From Azolla caroliniana (taxonomy: Eukaryota; Plantae; Polypodiophyta): 64,000 nucleotides of DNA. Made by a program: the position numbers and the translations under genes. The notes under the pieces were generated by a model. It was not told the DNA's origin and ran no database searches. It saw nothing but the letters and a program-made list of their open reading frames with translations. The DNA is taken from contig JBHGNT010000017.1 in the NCBI GenBank assembly GCA_043228905.1, forward strand, positions 9,982,001 to 10,046,000. The letters are read 5' to 3'. Positions 1 to 13,000 of the stretch are shown piece by piece; the first letter of the stretch is position 1; the number at the start of each line of letters is the position of its first letter.

Positions 1-627
1 AAGTATTCACTTCGTGTGAACAATCCTCTTCTACATGGAGAGTAGAATACCTATTTTGTAAGGGGGGAAATTCCTTTAACTTATTAATTGACACAGGATG
101 AGGCTTGTCATGAGATACATGTGAAGATGTCTTCTTATGCCCTACCTCAGTCCAACCATCAGATCTATCCTTATACAAAACTATAGTTGTATTGGGTACA
201 TGCTCGTCCGTATCTTTATTAAATTTTGGGCAATTTTTTGCCAAATGGCCAAATCCAAAACAACGAAAACATAGATTTGGCAAAAACCCCTACACAAGAT
301 TTTCTGAGAATAAGATTCCTGCCTTGAGGCAAGTAAATTGGGTACCAAGATATTTGAGGGAAAAACTGTAGACTTAGAAATCAAAAGTTTTGTAGATGCA
401 GCTCCTATATACCTATCTTCGATCTAACGAGGCTTATCATAAGTTTCCAAGATCGTACAATAGTGATGGCAATTACATGCACAAAAGGCACCCATTCTTT
501 ACACAACTTGGGAAACACCACCACACATGTATGATATGAATCTAAATCATGAAGTACCTAATTTGCAGAGAAGTTGTGAATCCACTTCAATGTGGAAGAA
601 AACCCATCTTCCCTTGACTGCCACTGC
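1..627 (-). mobile_element. LINE (L1-like) ORF1, downstream part with zinc knuckle; degenerate, runs off window start
   Basis: Minus strand ~225-285 reads NLCFRCFGFGHLAKNCPK (CX2CX4HX4C). Reading joins 14857-15488 across the Gypsy insertion (..ERKEV|AVKGRWVFFH..). Confidence 0.65.
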
Positions 628-1047
628 TATCATGATATGGCAAGACTTGAACCCATGACCTTATGTTATATAGGTCGAGCTCTTGACCATTACACTATCT
701 ATTGTAACACAATATTATTTTTATATAAGTTTTACTATAGAAGATTAATGTATATTCCAGATTTCTCTGGAACATTCTAGAAGCTTCAGGACTACTCCTG
801 AGAACACTATAAAAGGAGGCACAAGGCATTATTTCGAACCAAATTGGTTCAACGCCAGTCTTAAGCCTCATAGCTATTTTGTATTTACTCTTCACATAAT
901 ATATCATCTGTTATCATCTCTCTCTCTCTCTCTCTCTCCTTCTCTCTCTTCCTCTCTCGTGAGTCTTACGCAGTCAGTCCTCTTAGTACTAATAGTACTT
1001 CCCCTCTCTAGTATTGATTCTCTCTCTGTTTAGTACTATTCCTGATA
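628..1047 (+). repeat. 5' LTR of Tcn1-like element
   Basis: Direct repeat of 5819-6210 plus 14808-14856; TATAAAA at 808; (CT)n tract. Confidence 0.9.
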
Positions 1048-1049
1048 GT

Positions 1050-1061
1050 TTGAACCAATTT
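1050..1061 (+). promoter_or_regulatory. Self-priming primer binding site (non-tRNA)
   Basis: ttgaaccaattt is the exact reverse complement of LTR 841-852 aaattggttcaa; no TGG-starting tRNA PBS follows the LTR. Confidence 0.75.
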
Positions 1062-1118
1062 TCTCCCTCTGGTCTTCTTTTCAGTTTCCCTCATCCTCTT
1101 ACCCCTTTTTCCAATACT

Positions 1119-4100
1119 ATGGCTACTATTAGTGCCCAAGAATATCAATCTGTTTTTGTCGAGTTTCAGGATCTAAAAGAAAATTTCGCTGCATTAGAAC
1201 AAGAAAACCAATGATTGTTAGGGGATCTTCAACAAATTGCTTAAGAAAAACGGCAAACGCAGCAACAACATGGGGAGTTAGCGTTAAGTGTGCAACAACT
1301 CGAAGCAACCATCGTAGCATTGCAACAATAGGGATCAAGTCCCCACGGACTTCATAAAGAGCCCAAGATTGGACTTCCTGTGAAATTCAATGGAACACAA
1401 TCACAATTTAGAGGATTCCTTAATTAGGTACGTTTAGTCATTCAGATGCATCCTTCCTGATACCCCACTAATGCGTCCCAAGTAGGCTTAATAGGCACGT
1501 TGCTCAGCGGCTCAGCCTTGGCATGGTTCGCTCCGCTTTAAGAAAAACGATCTCCCTTGTTTAATAACTTTGAAGACTTTATTAGCGAGTTTAAAGCCTA
1601 CTTTGGAGATACCGACAACATTAGGACGGCGATCAACAAGATCCGACAATTGCGTCAAGGCGATCGTCCAGCCTCTGCCTACGCAGCAGATTTCCATATA
1701 CTCGCCTTAGATATCCCCTAGGATGATCAAGCACTAATGGAGTAGTTTCTCTATGGCCTACGAAACAACGTCAAAGATTTACTTTTAACCTTCCCCAAAG
1801 AACCAAAATCTCTTACAGAGGCAATTAGTCGAGCAGTTAGATGCGACAACCACCTTTTTGAACGACGTTCGGAACGACAATTTCAAATACCACGGACTAG
1901 GCCAGAGCCCACATACGCCTCAGTCGCAGCTAAACCATTTGCACGAGATGTATCTCAGGCAAATACGCCGACACCGATGGAAATCGACACCATGCGTCGA
2001 TGTGGCCCGTTATCGGAAGAAGAAAAGCAATGTCGACGTGCAAATCGATTATGTCTTTATTGCGGTGGACCAGGGCATATCGCAATCAATTGTCCCCATA
2101 AGCCAAGAAGACAGGTAAATCAAATCATAGCTTGTACTAAACCCGAGTCAATTCTCATAGGAGTGTTGATAGTATTAATAGTACTGATAGCCCAAGTATC
2201 TCAAACAAATTTGAAATCCTTAGTCAATTAGAGGAAGAGTTAAATGACTAAGTCCAGCCAAAATAGGAGTCGTTTGGTTGGACAGCCCTAGATCTGTGCA
2301 GCCCATTAGTGGTTCCATTCCCTCTAAGCAAGTTAGCAATGTGTTCTTAGCCCAACTCATGGTTAGTACTAAAAGTACCCCTCCAGTACACGTCTTAGCA
2401 CTTTTAGATTCTGGGGCCAATTCCTGTTTCATGGATTGGAATTTTGCCCAAGCTTCTCAGATATCCTTAAGAAAACTTCCTTGCCCCTCATCTGTAGTAG
2501 TCATTGATGGTCGTCCCATTGCTTCTGGGAATATCGTAGAAGAGTGAGAACCCATTCAGGTTGTCCTAGATAGCTTGGTGTGTGTGGTATCATTTAATAT
2601 AATTAGTAGTCCAGAGCATCCCATTGTCCTGGGATTACCTTGGTTTGAATTACATAATCCAGACATAGATTGGAGAACAAGAGAAGTCCGGTATCGACAA
2701 CCCCGAGAATTTACTCATCGAGTTTCGAGCATTTTGCTTCATCAATTATGCAAAGAAGGACGCAAAGAGTCAATGTTTCTATTTGCAATATCAGTACATC
2801 CTTCCAGCACTATTAAGAAGGAATCCTTAGTTCAACTTCCTGCGAAATATCATCCTTATGCCGATGTATTTGACAAGGTAAAAGCCGGTATTCTTCCCCA
2901 TCATCGTCCCTATGATTGTCCCATCGATTTACAACCATGAAAAGAGCCACCGTGGGGACCGATTTACAACTTGTCACCAACAGAGTTGGATGTCCTTCGT
3001 GCCTACATAGAGGAGAATCTGGCTAGTGGGTTTATTCGTCATTCGAAATCTCCGGCCGGTGCACCCATTTTCTTTGTCAAGAAGAAAGATGGATCTCTTC
3101 ATCTTGTCATTGATTACCGCGGCTTGAATAAGGTCACCATCAGGAATAGGTATGCACTTCCTCTTATATCAAGTCTTTTAGAACGTGTAAATGGTGCCAA
3201 GTTTTTTACCAAAATCGACTTATGAGGAGCATATAACCTCGTGCGGATCCAACCGGGAGACGAATGGAAGACCACTTTTCTCACCCGATATGGGCACTTC
3301 AAGTATCTACCGTTATGTTGTTCGGTCTAACCAATGCCCCCGCAGTCTTCCAATACATGGTAAATGATATATTCAAATACCTCTTGGATATTTGTTTGAT
3401 CATCTATCTGGATGATCTATTGATTTATTCGAAGACCCAGGAAGAGCATGATTCTCATGTACTATTAGTACTAAAACGACTTCGAGAGCATCGTCTTTAT
3501 GCCAAACTAGAAAAATGTAGCTTTGACTGCAAGCAAGTGGAATTTCTAGGCTACGTCATCTCCTCAAAAGGCATCTCCATGGATCTAGCTAAAGTCAAAA
3601 CTATGTTAAGAGTGGCAAACTCCACGTTCGTTATGAGATGTGCAATGTTTCCTAGGCTTCGCTAACTTCTACCGCAAGTTTATACAAGATTATTAGAAGA
3701 TTATTTTGCCTCTCATACAGCTTACCAAGAAGGGACGATCATTTCTTTGGTCCAATGAAGCGGACATGGTTTTTATACATCTTAAGAAAGCCTTTACATC
3801 AACTCCTATTCTAGTTCATGTGGATACAAACAAACCATTCATCATGGAGGCCGATGCATCAAATTTCACCCTCAGGAGCATCCTTTCAAAACAAGGAGAT
3901 AAAGTAGAGTTACATCTTGTGCCTTTCCACTCGCGCAAAGTTGATGCAGTGGAAATCAACTATGAGATACATGACAAGGAGTTAGAAGCCATCGTGGATT
4001 CGTTTGTGCAATGGCGGCACTTCTTAAAGGGCTCTCCTCATCAAGTCATCATCTTCAGTGATCACAAAAATCTTGCTTATTTCCCGAACGTTCACGTACT

Positions 4101-5785
4101 AAATCGACGGCAAGCTCGATGAGCCCAATTCGTCACGTGTTTTGACTTCAAAATCACATATTGGTCGAGGAAGCAACAAGGAAAAGCAGATGCACTATCG
4201 CGACGCTCATATCTTGCACCTCGTCTTGGTGATCTAGCATTTGATAATCAAAAGCAAGTAATCTTGGGACCAACACGTTTGCTCACAACACGGATTTTTC
4301 ACACTCCGCTAGATTCCCGGAATATCGATGCCATACATGCCAATTTGAAGACGAACAGTTTTGCTCAAGCCATTCTAGCACAAATAGATGCCTCTCGGGC
4401 ATCCTATTCCCAGTCTCAACAACCAGGTATGGACTACCAAAATTCGAATATCATGATGGTTTATTATTCTTTAAAAAGCTCGTGTATGTTCCCGATTGCT
4501 CATGTCGCCTTCAACTCGTCCAAAATTGTCACGACACCCATACATTTGGACATTTCATTAGTACTAAGACGTTGGATCTAGTCCAACGATCTATTTGGTG
4601 GCCCCATATGCAACATTTTGTCGATGACTACGTTCGTACCTGTGATGCTTGTTGCTGAGCAAAGATGCCACGACATTATCCATATGGCTTGTTGGAATCC
4701 TTACCAATTCCAAGTAAGCCGTGGCAATCCATTTGTCTTGATTTTATCACAGATCTTCCAATCTCCAAGGGCTTGTATGCTATCTTAACCATCGTTGACC
4801 GATATACTAAGATGGCACATTTTGTGCCTTGTACTAAGGCCATCACTAGTGAGGAAACCGCCGCCCTTGTCATGTGTGAGGTTTTCCGGCATCATGGCCT
4901 CCTAGACAATATCATCAATGACCGAGGACTTCAATTCTTCTCCAAATTTTGGAAGCATCTCTTCAAGATGCTCAAGGTCTCTTGCAACCTCTCCTGCGGC
5001 TATCATCCCCAAACTGATGGCCAAGCAGAACGAAAAAACCAAACGTTGGAACAATATCTTCGGTGTTTTCTGAGTTATCAATAGGACGATTGAGTTGATA
5101 TTCTCCACTTTGCTGAGTTTGCTTATAATAACGCTATTCACTCCTCCACTCGGGTCTCCCCATTTTTCGCTTATACCATTCTCATCCTCGTTGGTATGTG
5201 ATCGACACTCTGGAGCTACCTACCAATCCTCGTGCCGAGGATCATTTGGAGAGTCTACGCAAGATTCAAACGCATCTATCTACTCATCTTCGCCATGCTA
5301 AACACACACAGAAGACTTATGCAGATCTTCATCGGCTTCCCTCCTCTTTTGCCATCGGAGATCGAGTATGGCTCTTACGTCATCACATCAAGACTACTCG
5401 ACCATGCGACAAATTGTATTATCGACAACTCGGTCCATTCCGTATTACCTGCAAGATTAATGGTGTCACGTTCCATCTTTATCTTCCTCCGCACCTTCAG
5501 ATACATCTAGTCTTCCATAGTTCTCTTCTCGAACCTTATCAAGCCAAACTATTCTCGATCGTGTTACACCCCCGCTTTAGTTGGACGTCGGCCTGGAGTA
5601 TGAAGTTGTTTTCGTCCTCGACTACAAGTTTGTTCGCAACAAACATTATTATTTGTTCGATTGGCTCGGCTATAGTCCGAGCGAACATACTTGGGAACCT
5701 GTCGAGCATGTCGCCAATTCTTAGGATCTTCTTGTTGATTTCCACTGACAGTATCCGGACAAACCTGGTCCCCAATCAGCATTGA
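1119..5785 (+). pseudogene. Gypsy gag-pol (gag, knuckle, protease, RT, RNaseH, integrase, chromodomain) with many stops and frameshifts
   Basis: CLYCGGPGHIAINCP; LLDSGANSCF; [17 protein letters not shown]; YLDDLLIYS; EADAS..NYEIHDKELEAIV; WQSICLDFITDLP; HPQTDGQAE; GPF; chromodomain EYEV..YLFDWLGYSPSEHTWEP at ~5595-5720. Confidence 0.92.
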
Positions 5786-5818
5786 CTCGTAACACTCGTC
5801 GTTTTAAAGGGGGGATAG

Positions 5819-6109
5819 TGTCATGATATGGCAAAACTCGAACCGATGACCTTAAGTTATATGGGTTGAGCTCCTGACCATTACACTATCTATTGTAATA
5901 CGTCAGATATTATTTTCATTTATGTTTTACTATAGAAGATTAATGTATATTCCATATTTCTCTGGAACATTCTAGAAGCTTCAGGACTACTCCTGAGAAC
6001 ACTATAAAAGGAGGCACAAGGTATTATTTCAACCAAATTGGTTCAACGCCAGTCTTAAGCCTCATAGCTATTTTGTATTTACTCTTCACATAATATATCA
6101 TATGTTATC

Positions 6110-6164
<55 letters not shown>

Positions 6165-6210
6165 TCTCTCGTGAGTCTTACACAGTCAGTCCTCTTAGTA
6201 CTAATAGTAA
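5819..6210 (+). repeat. 3' LTR of Tcn1-like element (left part; remainder at 14808-14856)
   Basis: Starts tgtcatgatatgg right after the PPT and matches 628 onward. Confidence 0.9.
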
Positions 6211-7073
6211 TGTGAAATGTAACGTGTGGAAGCTATACGAAACACATAATATTGACAGAGAAAAACATGTTGACAGGAGAGCTTAAGACACAATGTACGC
6301 GGGAGAGATAGAGAGGGAATGAACACACAGAAAAACTAAATTCAAAATAATGTGTAAAACTTTGTACATAGGATGTGCTCAGGGAGCACTTTTATACAAA
6401 GTCCATACGGACTGACAGAAGTACTGACACGTACTTCAATGCTCATAATTGAGCTCCTACACTAACTCCCAAATATATTCCCTTGTGGAATATCTATTCA
6501 ACGGCCTCCCGGTTTCCGCACCGATCTGGCCTCTTGTTGCGCACCGGTTTATGCACCGGTTTACGCACCAATTCGGACAATGTCGAGCTTGTAACTCAAC
6601 ACTCCCCCTCAAGCTCAACTTGAGGCTCCTTTGGTCCTATGCTCCAGTTTCTCTTGACTTTACGCCTCGCTCGCGCTCCTCGACTCGTTAGATTCCGTGC
6701 GCCCCGACCCTTACGGTCGGCTTGTCTACTCCTGCGGCCTTTTCCAGCTCCCTTGCTGTCACTGTGTTGGCACCTCTTTTGCTGCCCCTACTTCCGCTTG
6801 GCCTTCAGTTGATTCAGTGTCTCTTAATCAAACATCCGAGCTGAATCGGTTGTTTCTAGTTCGTCTCCACTTTTGTCCGAATTGGTTGTCTCCAATTCGT
6901 CCTCAATTTTGGCCTTCTCGCCCTTGTTGGCTTCATCTCCCCCATGTTTGGCTGGCTTCGGCTCTTTCTTTCGGTTGCTGCCCTCTCGTTCGCTTCTGAA
7001 CTCTTCAGCGGATCCGCCTTTGGCTTCTTCAGTTGACATTAAATCGAATTCGTCATTGGATTTGGTGTCTCAG

Positions 7074-10000
7074 TCACTTCCACTCCTTTCCATGGTCTTG
7101 CGGGACTTTTCTCCCCCTCAAGTTCGACACATCGAGGCGCCGCAAACCAAGCGCACCCGAGAATTGCCGCAACTTGTCCAGACCAAGGGGCTTGGTGAAA
7201 ATGTCGGCGTGTTGCCGATCTATCAAAACATACTGAAGTTCAACTTCACCAAAGAGGACACGCTTGCGGACAAAGTGGTAGTGCACCTCAATGTGCTTAT
7301 TCTGGGCGTGGAAGACGGGTTTCTTCGCAAGTTGGATGTTGTTGAGGTTGTCGTAGTAGATCATCGTCGAATCGGAGACCTCCACCTACAGATCCTTAAG
7401 TAGCCGCTTCAGCCATATGGCTTCGCATGTTGCGATAGCCGCTCCTTGATACTCACCCAAGGGAGAACGCGAATCCGGATGTGGATCGGCGATCCCCGGT
7501 GTTTACGGCCCAGTCGGCATCCGTATAGGCGACTAGTTGCGTGACAGTACCAGTCCGATATAGTGGCCCCCAGTCCTTAGTGCCACTGACGTACCTGAGT
7601 ACGCGTTGCACGCACTGAAGGTGCTCCTCAGTTGGTCATGCCATGAACTGACTAATCAAGCCGACTAGGTAATTGCAGTCCGGTCGGGTGATAGTCAAGT
7701 ATATGAGGCTTCCGACAATCTGTCAAAACCTTTTCGGGTCACAGACCTTTCCGGAGTCGGGGTGAAGCTTCACGGTTCTGTCGAGAGGAGTCGAAATGGA
7801 CTTACAGTCCGCCATCCTGAACTTATAGAGCATACTCAGCACGTTGTCGTGAAGATTCACGCGTGCGTGTGCTACTCGAGCGACCACTAGGGTCTTGAAA
7901 TGGGGAGGACATTCGCGGAATTATCGAAGAGATGACGATCAATGTAAGATTAGATGAAATTTGTTCACTTGAGAAGAAGAAAGATTGTACACTTGAGAAG
8001 TAGAAAAATATGAAGAAGAGGAATATAATTATATTGATGATGGTGGTGTTGGTGATATCACATATTGAGCCCCCCTTTACACAAGCTCCACTAGGGTTTT
8101 TATAGCTCTCTTCATGCACAAAACCATGGGTTTAGAACCATGGTTTTGGGGACACGGTTTTGCTTATGACATACACAATCCATGGGTTTAGAACCATGGT
8201 TTTGTGCACATGGTTTTCTATGGCTGTTTCGTCTATAATTCGTATATGAAAAGGAAATACATAAAATCTACACTATATGATAGTTGTTCTAGTGGTAAGG
8301 CAAACATCTTTTATCTTAGAGGTGCAAGGTTCAAACCTTGCTTGCACCCCTCTGTATGAACTCAGCTAAGTGCCACTAGACCTTGGGCTTATTTGCTAAG
8401 TGCATGTGCAATGTTGCATATCCTTGGTTTATTTGTCTCACTCGGTTTCACACTGTAGCTAAAAAATGTCACGACATCCAGCCCCACCAAACCCGCACAT
8501 CCTCCGGTATGTGTCGAGAAAGGTGAAGAGGTGAGATCTTTGGCAACGGTGATCAACCGAGTTCTTCCGCATGCTTGTCAACCTCGTCTGACTTCTTCTT
8601 CCACTTCGAGTATGCCCAATCTTTCCAACCAAACCACTGTAGCCACCCGATCCACCATATGTGGTGCTCACACCTTCTTCCCCGATCGGTTGTAGTAGAT
8701 CTACCAACCGATGTCATCGATCCAACCGCTCTTCCTTCGTCCACCGCGCGTGTCCTTCGATTGGACTCCTGGCCACTCCTCGCACTCACTGTTTTCAACT
8801 AGGTGTTGTGGATCGTTCGTGTCGATCTCTGATTAGGTCGAGTTTGCCTTTGTCCGGATCGGTCTCCGCCAATCTCTTCTCGGCTCGGTTGGCCTTCATC
8901 TGCATTCGCATTTCGCCGAGTCGGGCTCGATCGATTGATTCCGGCCGGGTCTCACATTGGCACACGGGCGCAACCGCCGAAGTCTCTGGAACAAGTATGG
9001 AGAAAGTCTCGATATGGCTATCCGCTGTCAACTCGTCCATAGCCACCTCCGACTCGATGTCGTTTGCCATGGCTACCTCCTCAATCACGTCGGACTCAAA
9101 CACTTTATCTCCCTCGATCACGCAAGCTTTTCTCATGCTTACACCTTCATCACCCAATGTTTCATACACAATGTGTGTTCCGAAACATTTATCCTCCCTC
9201 GAAGTGGCGTTCGCCGTCCTCGAGTCATCGGCCTCCTCCTTGGCGATCATTTCTTCGTAAGACAAGAAGGTGACTTGTTTCGCACCTTCTCTCTCGGTAC
9301 CGTCATACCAAACCTGAGCCTTTGTATCAACCACTTCATTAACCTGCATTTGTTGGGAGGTCTATTCTTCCTCGATCACCATTCGCCTCGGTTTTGTATC
9401 CCTTGTAAGCTTCATTTCTTTTGTTGGTGGCACGTTGCTCCATCTCGTCCCTCTTCGATCGTCCCTCATGGGCCGTCTTGTTGTCGTCGATATTCTCGCT
9501 CGCCTCTTATCGTGTAGACGGCATACACTTTCCACTTTGCTCCAATCCTCAATGAGGCCATTTGCACCATCATCTTCTTCGAGTTTGAGGCCGATAGCCA
9601 TCCTTCCCATTCGATCGATTGACTTCACGAACATAAGGACCTTATCGACCCCCACCAATCTTTGTTCCCGCTCCGAGAGTTGAGAAAAACGATGCTTGAA
9701 GTCTACGAATGCTTGTGTCGCGCCTTGGTGGGCTTCGCCGATGTCACCCATCGGTCAAAGTTGTGTTGATCTCGTCCCTTCAGTCTCTCATAGCCATATT
9801 CCTCCAATAGAGCCTTCTCGAAAGTCACCCACGAATCATGAGCTTCTAGAAGCTCTTTTACATCTTTGAAGATCGGTTGAGACACCACCCGACAAAAGTA
9901 CTCTAGCCTCATAGCTTCGTCCACACCTCTTGAATCCATCTCCACATTGTAGATTTTTAGAAAACTTTGGAGTTTGAACGCGAATCCGGATGTGGATCGG

Positions 10001-13000
10001 CGATCCCCGGCGTTTCCGGTCCAATTGGCATCCGTATAGGCGACTAGTTGCATGACAGTACCGGTCCGATATAGTGGCCCCCGGTCCTTAGTGCCACTGA
10101 CGTACCTGAGTACGTGTTGCACGCACTGAAGGTGCTCCTCAATTGGCCGTGCCATGAACAGACTAATCAAGCCGACTAGGTAATTGCGGTCCGGTCAGGT
10201 GATAGTCAAGTATATGAGGCTTCTGACAATCTGTCGAAACCTTTTCGGGTGACAGACCTTTCCGGAGTCGGGGTGAAGCTTCACGGTTCTGTCGAGAGGA
10301 GTCGAAATGGACTTACAATCCATCATCCTGAACTTGAAGAGCATACTCAGCACGTTGTCGCAAAGATTCACGCGTGCGTGTGCTACTCGAGCGACCACCG
10401 GGGTCTTGGACTGGGGAGGACGTTCGCCGAATTATTGAAGAGATGACGATCAATGTAAGATTAGATGAAATTTGTTCACTTGAGAAGAAGAAAGATTGTA
10501 CACTTGAGAAGTAGAAAAATATGAAGAAGATAAAGACGAATATAATTATATTGATGATGGTGTTGTTGGTGATATCACATATTGAGCTCCCCTTTACACA
10601 AGCTCCACTAGGGTTTTTATAGCTCTCTTCATGCACAAAACCATGGGTTTAGAACCATGGTTTTGTGCACATGGTTTTCTATGGATGTTTTGTCTATAAT
10701 TCGTATATGAAAAGAAAATACATAAAATCTACACTATATGATAGTTGTCCTAGTGGTAAGGCAAATATCTTGTATCTTAGAGGTGCAAGGTTCAAACCTT
10801 GCTTGCACCCCTATTTATGAACTCAAGTGCCACTAGGCCTTAGGCTTATTTGCTAAGTGCATGTGCAATGTTGCACATCCTTGGTTTATTCGTCTCACTT
10901 GATTTCACACCGTAGCCGAAAATCGTCACGACAACGTAATGCCGCTGGCTGATCAGTATGACTTCAGGGGTTCGGATCACTTCGATCCCGAGAATGCAAT
11001 GGAGGTCCCCCAAGTCCTTCATATCAAATGATGCCGCAATCTGGAGCTTTACGTGGTCAATTTCATCTAGGTCGACGCCGGCGATGACCAAGTCAACAAC
11101 AATAAAATACTAACCGGCCCAAGTTGACCTTGCCAAACTAACAATGAAGAGTCTGATTTAGACGTCGCAATTCCCATTCGACGCAATCGATGTGTAATCT
11201 TCGCGTTCTAGGCACGCGGAGCTTGTTTTAGTTCGTAAAGGGACTTCTTCAACCAGCATACCGTCGAAGTGTTCGTTCTGGAGTGAAATCCGGGGGGTTG
11301 TACCATGTACACTTGTTCCTCAACCTGGCCTTGCAGGAACACACTCTTTAAATCCATCTAATGTAAGTGCCACCCCTTCGTCGTAGCTACCGTAAGCAAA
11401 ACACGAATGGTCGTCATCTTCACGACCGACGCAAACGTCTCATCGTAATCGATGTCGTGTTGCTGAGCGTAGCCTTTTGTTACTAACCGGGCCTTGTATC
11501 GGTTGACCGAGCCATCGGTGTTGTACTTGCCCTTGTACACCCACCTGCATCCAATCGGCTTTACACCCTTGGGGGCGTCAACCAAGTCCTAGGTTTCATT
11601 CTCCGCAAGTGCGTTCATCTCTTCCTCCATGGCGGCATGCCAATTCGCGTCCTTTGCCGCTTCTGCATAGCTCTCCGGCTCATGCACTTCTGCCACGCAT
11701 GTCATGTACGCATAGTGATGCGCCATGTACTCGTTGTATCCGAACCGCACAACTGGGTTCTTCTGGCGGGTAGATCGGTGTAATTGCTCATTAACCAATG
11801 TTGAGGTCGTTCTGGCCGACGTGGGCTTCGCTCTTGAAGGCTCGTCATCACTCTTCTCAGAGTCAGATTTGCGTCAATCCGACTCGTCCCTATCCGTCTC
11901 TTCGGCTCCTTACACGGGGAATGCACGGCCAAGTATTCACTACTCGCCGGCTCTTCATATGACTGGTTAAACCAACTCAGTCCCTCATTCGGTCCACTTA
12001 GCCGAAATGAGATCGGACTCTCTTCAAGAGTTCCGACTTCACGTTCATCAGGAGGAATCTCAACCTCGCTAACCTCATCTTCAAAACGCGGATTGGAGTT
12101 GAGGTCCAGAGTCGGAGGCAAATACCAAGCCGCGGACTCATCGAACACAACATTGCGACTTACGCGAGCTTGTTTGGTTCGGGGGTTATAACACTTATAA
12201 CCCTTCTATTCGTCCGAGTAGCCGACCAAGATACACTTCTCAGCTTTCGCATCCAGCTTCTTCCACTTCTCCTTCAGCACATGCACATACGCGATGCTAC
12301 CAAAAACCCTCAAGTGTTGTAGATTCGGCTTCCTTCCGAAATACAGCTCATGTGCCGACACTTTTTCTCCGATCCGATTCTTGATGTAGACCGCTTCGGC
12401 CCAATAGAACTTGGGCATGCTCTTTTCTTCCAACATTACTTGCGCTTCTTCCACAACCGACCGATTCTTCCTTTCGGCTATGCCGTTTTGCTCCGGCATA
12501 TACCTACAACTGAATTCGCGCCGAATTCCCATTTGTTGCAGATAACTATTGAATTGGCCGGAACAGTACTCTTTTCCACCATCCGACCGCAGGCACTTGA
12601 TCTTCCTCCCTGTTTCCCTTTCGGCAAGATTTTTGATTTTCCGAAAACATTCGAAGACTTCACTCTTCTTTTCGATGAGGTAGATCCATGTGTGCCAGGT
12701 GTAGTCGTCGATGAAGGAGATGAAGTATCGACTCCTGCCAAGACTCACGTTCTATGTCGGTCCCCATACATATGAATGTATTAAGTCGAGCTTATTTTGG
12801 TTCCGATTACGCTCGTTGGGGAAAGGAAGTCGGTGTCGCTTCCCTAGCTGGCAAGCTTCACAAATTTGGGCCTTTCGACCACTGAACTTTGGCAATCCGA
12901 ACACAACTTGTTTCGATCGCAAGTCCTGAAGCCTTTGGTAGTTGACGTGGCCTATCCGCTTATGCCACAAGTCGATATCCGACTCAACTTTTTGCCCTTT

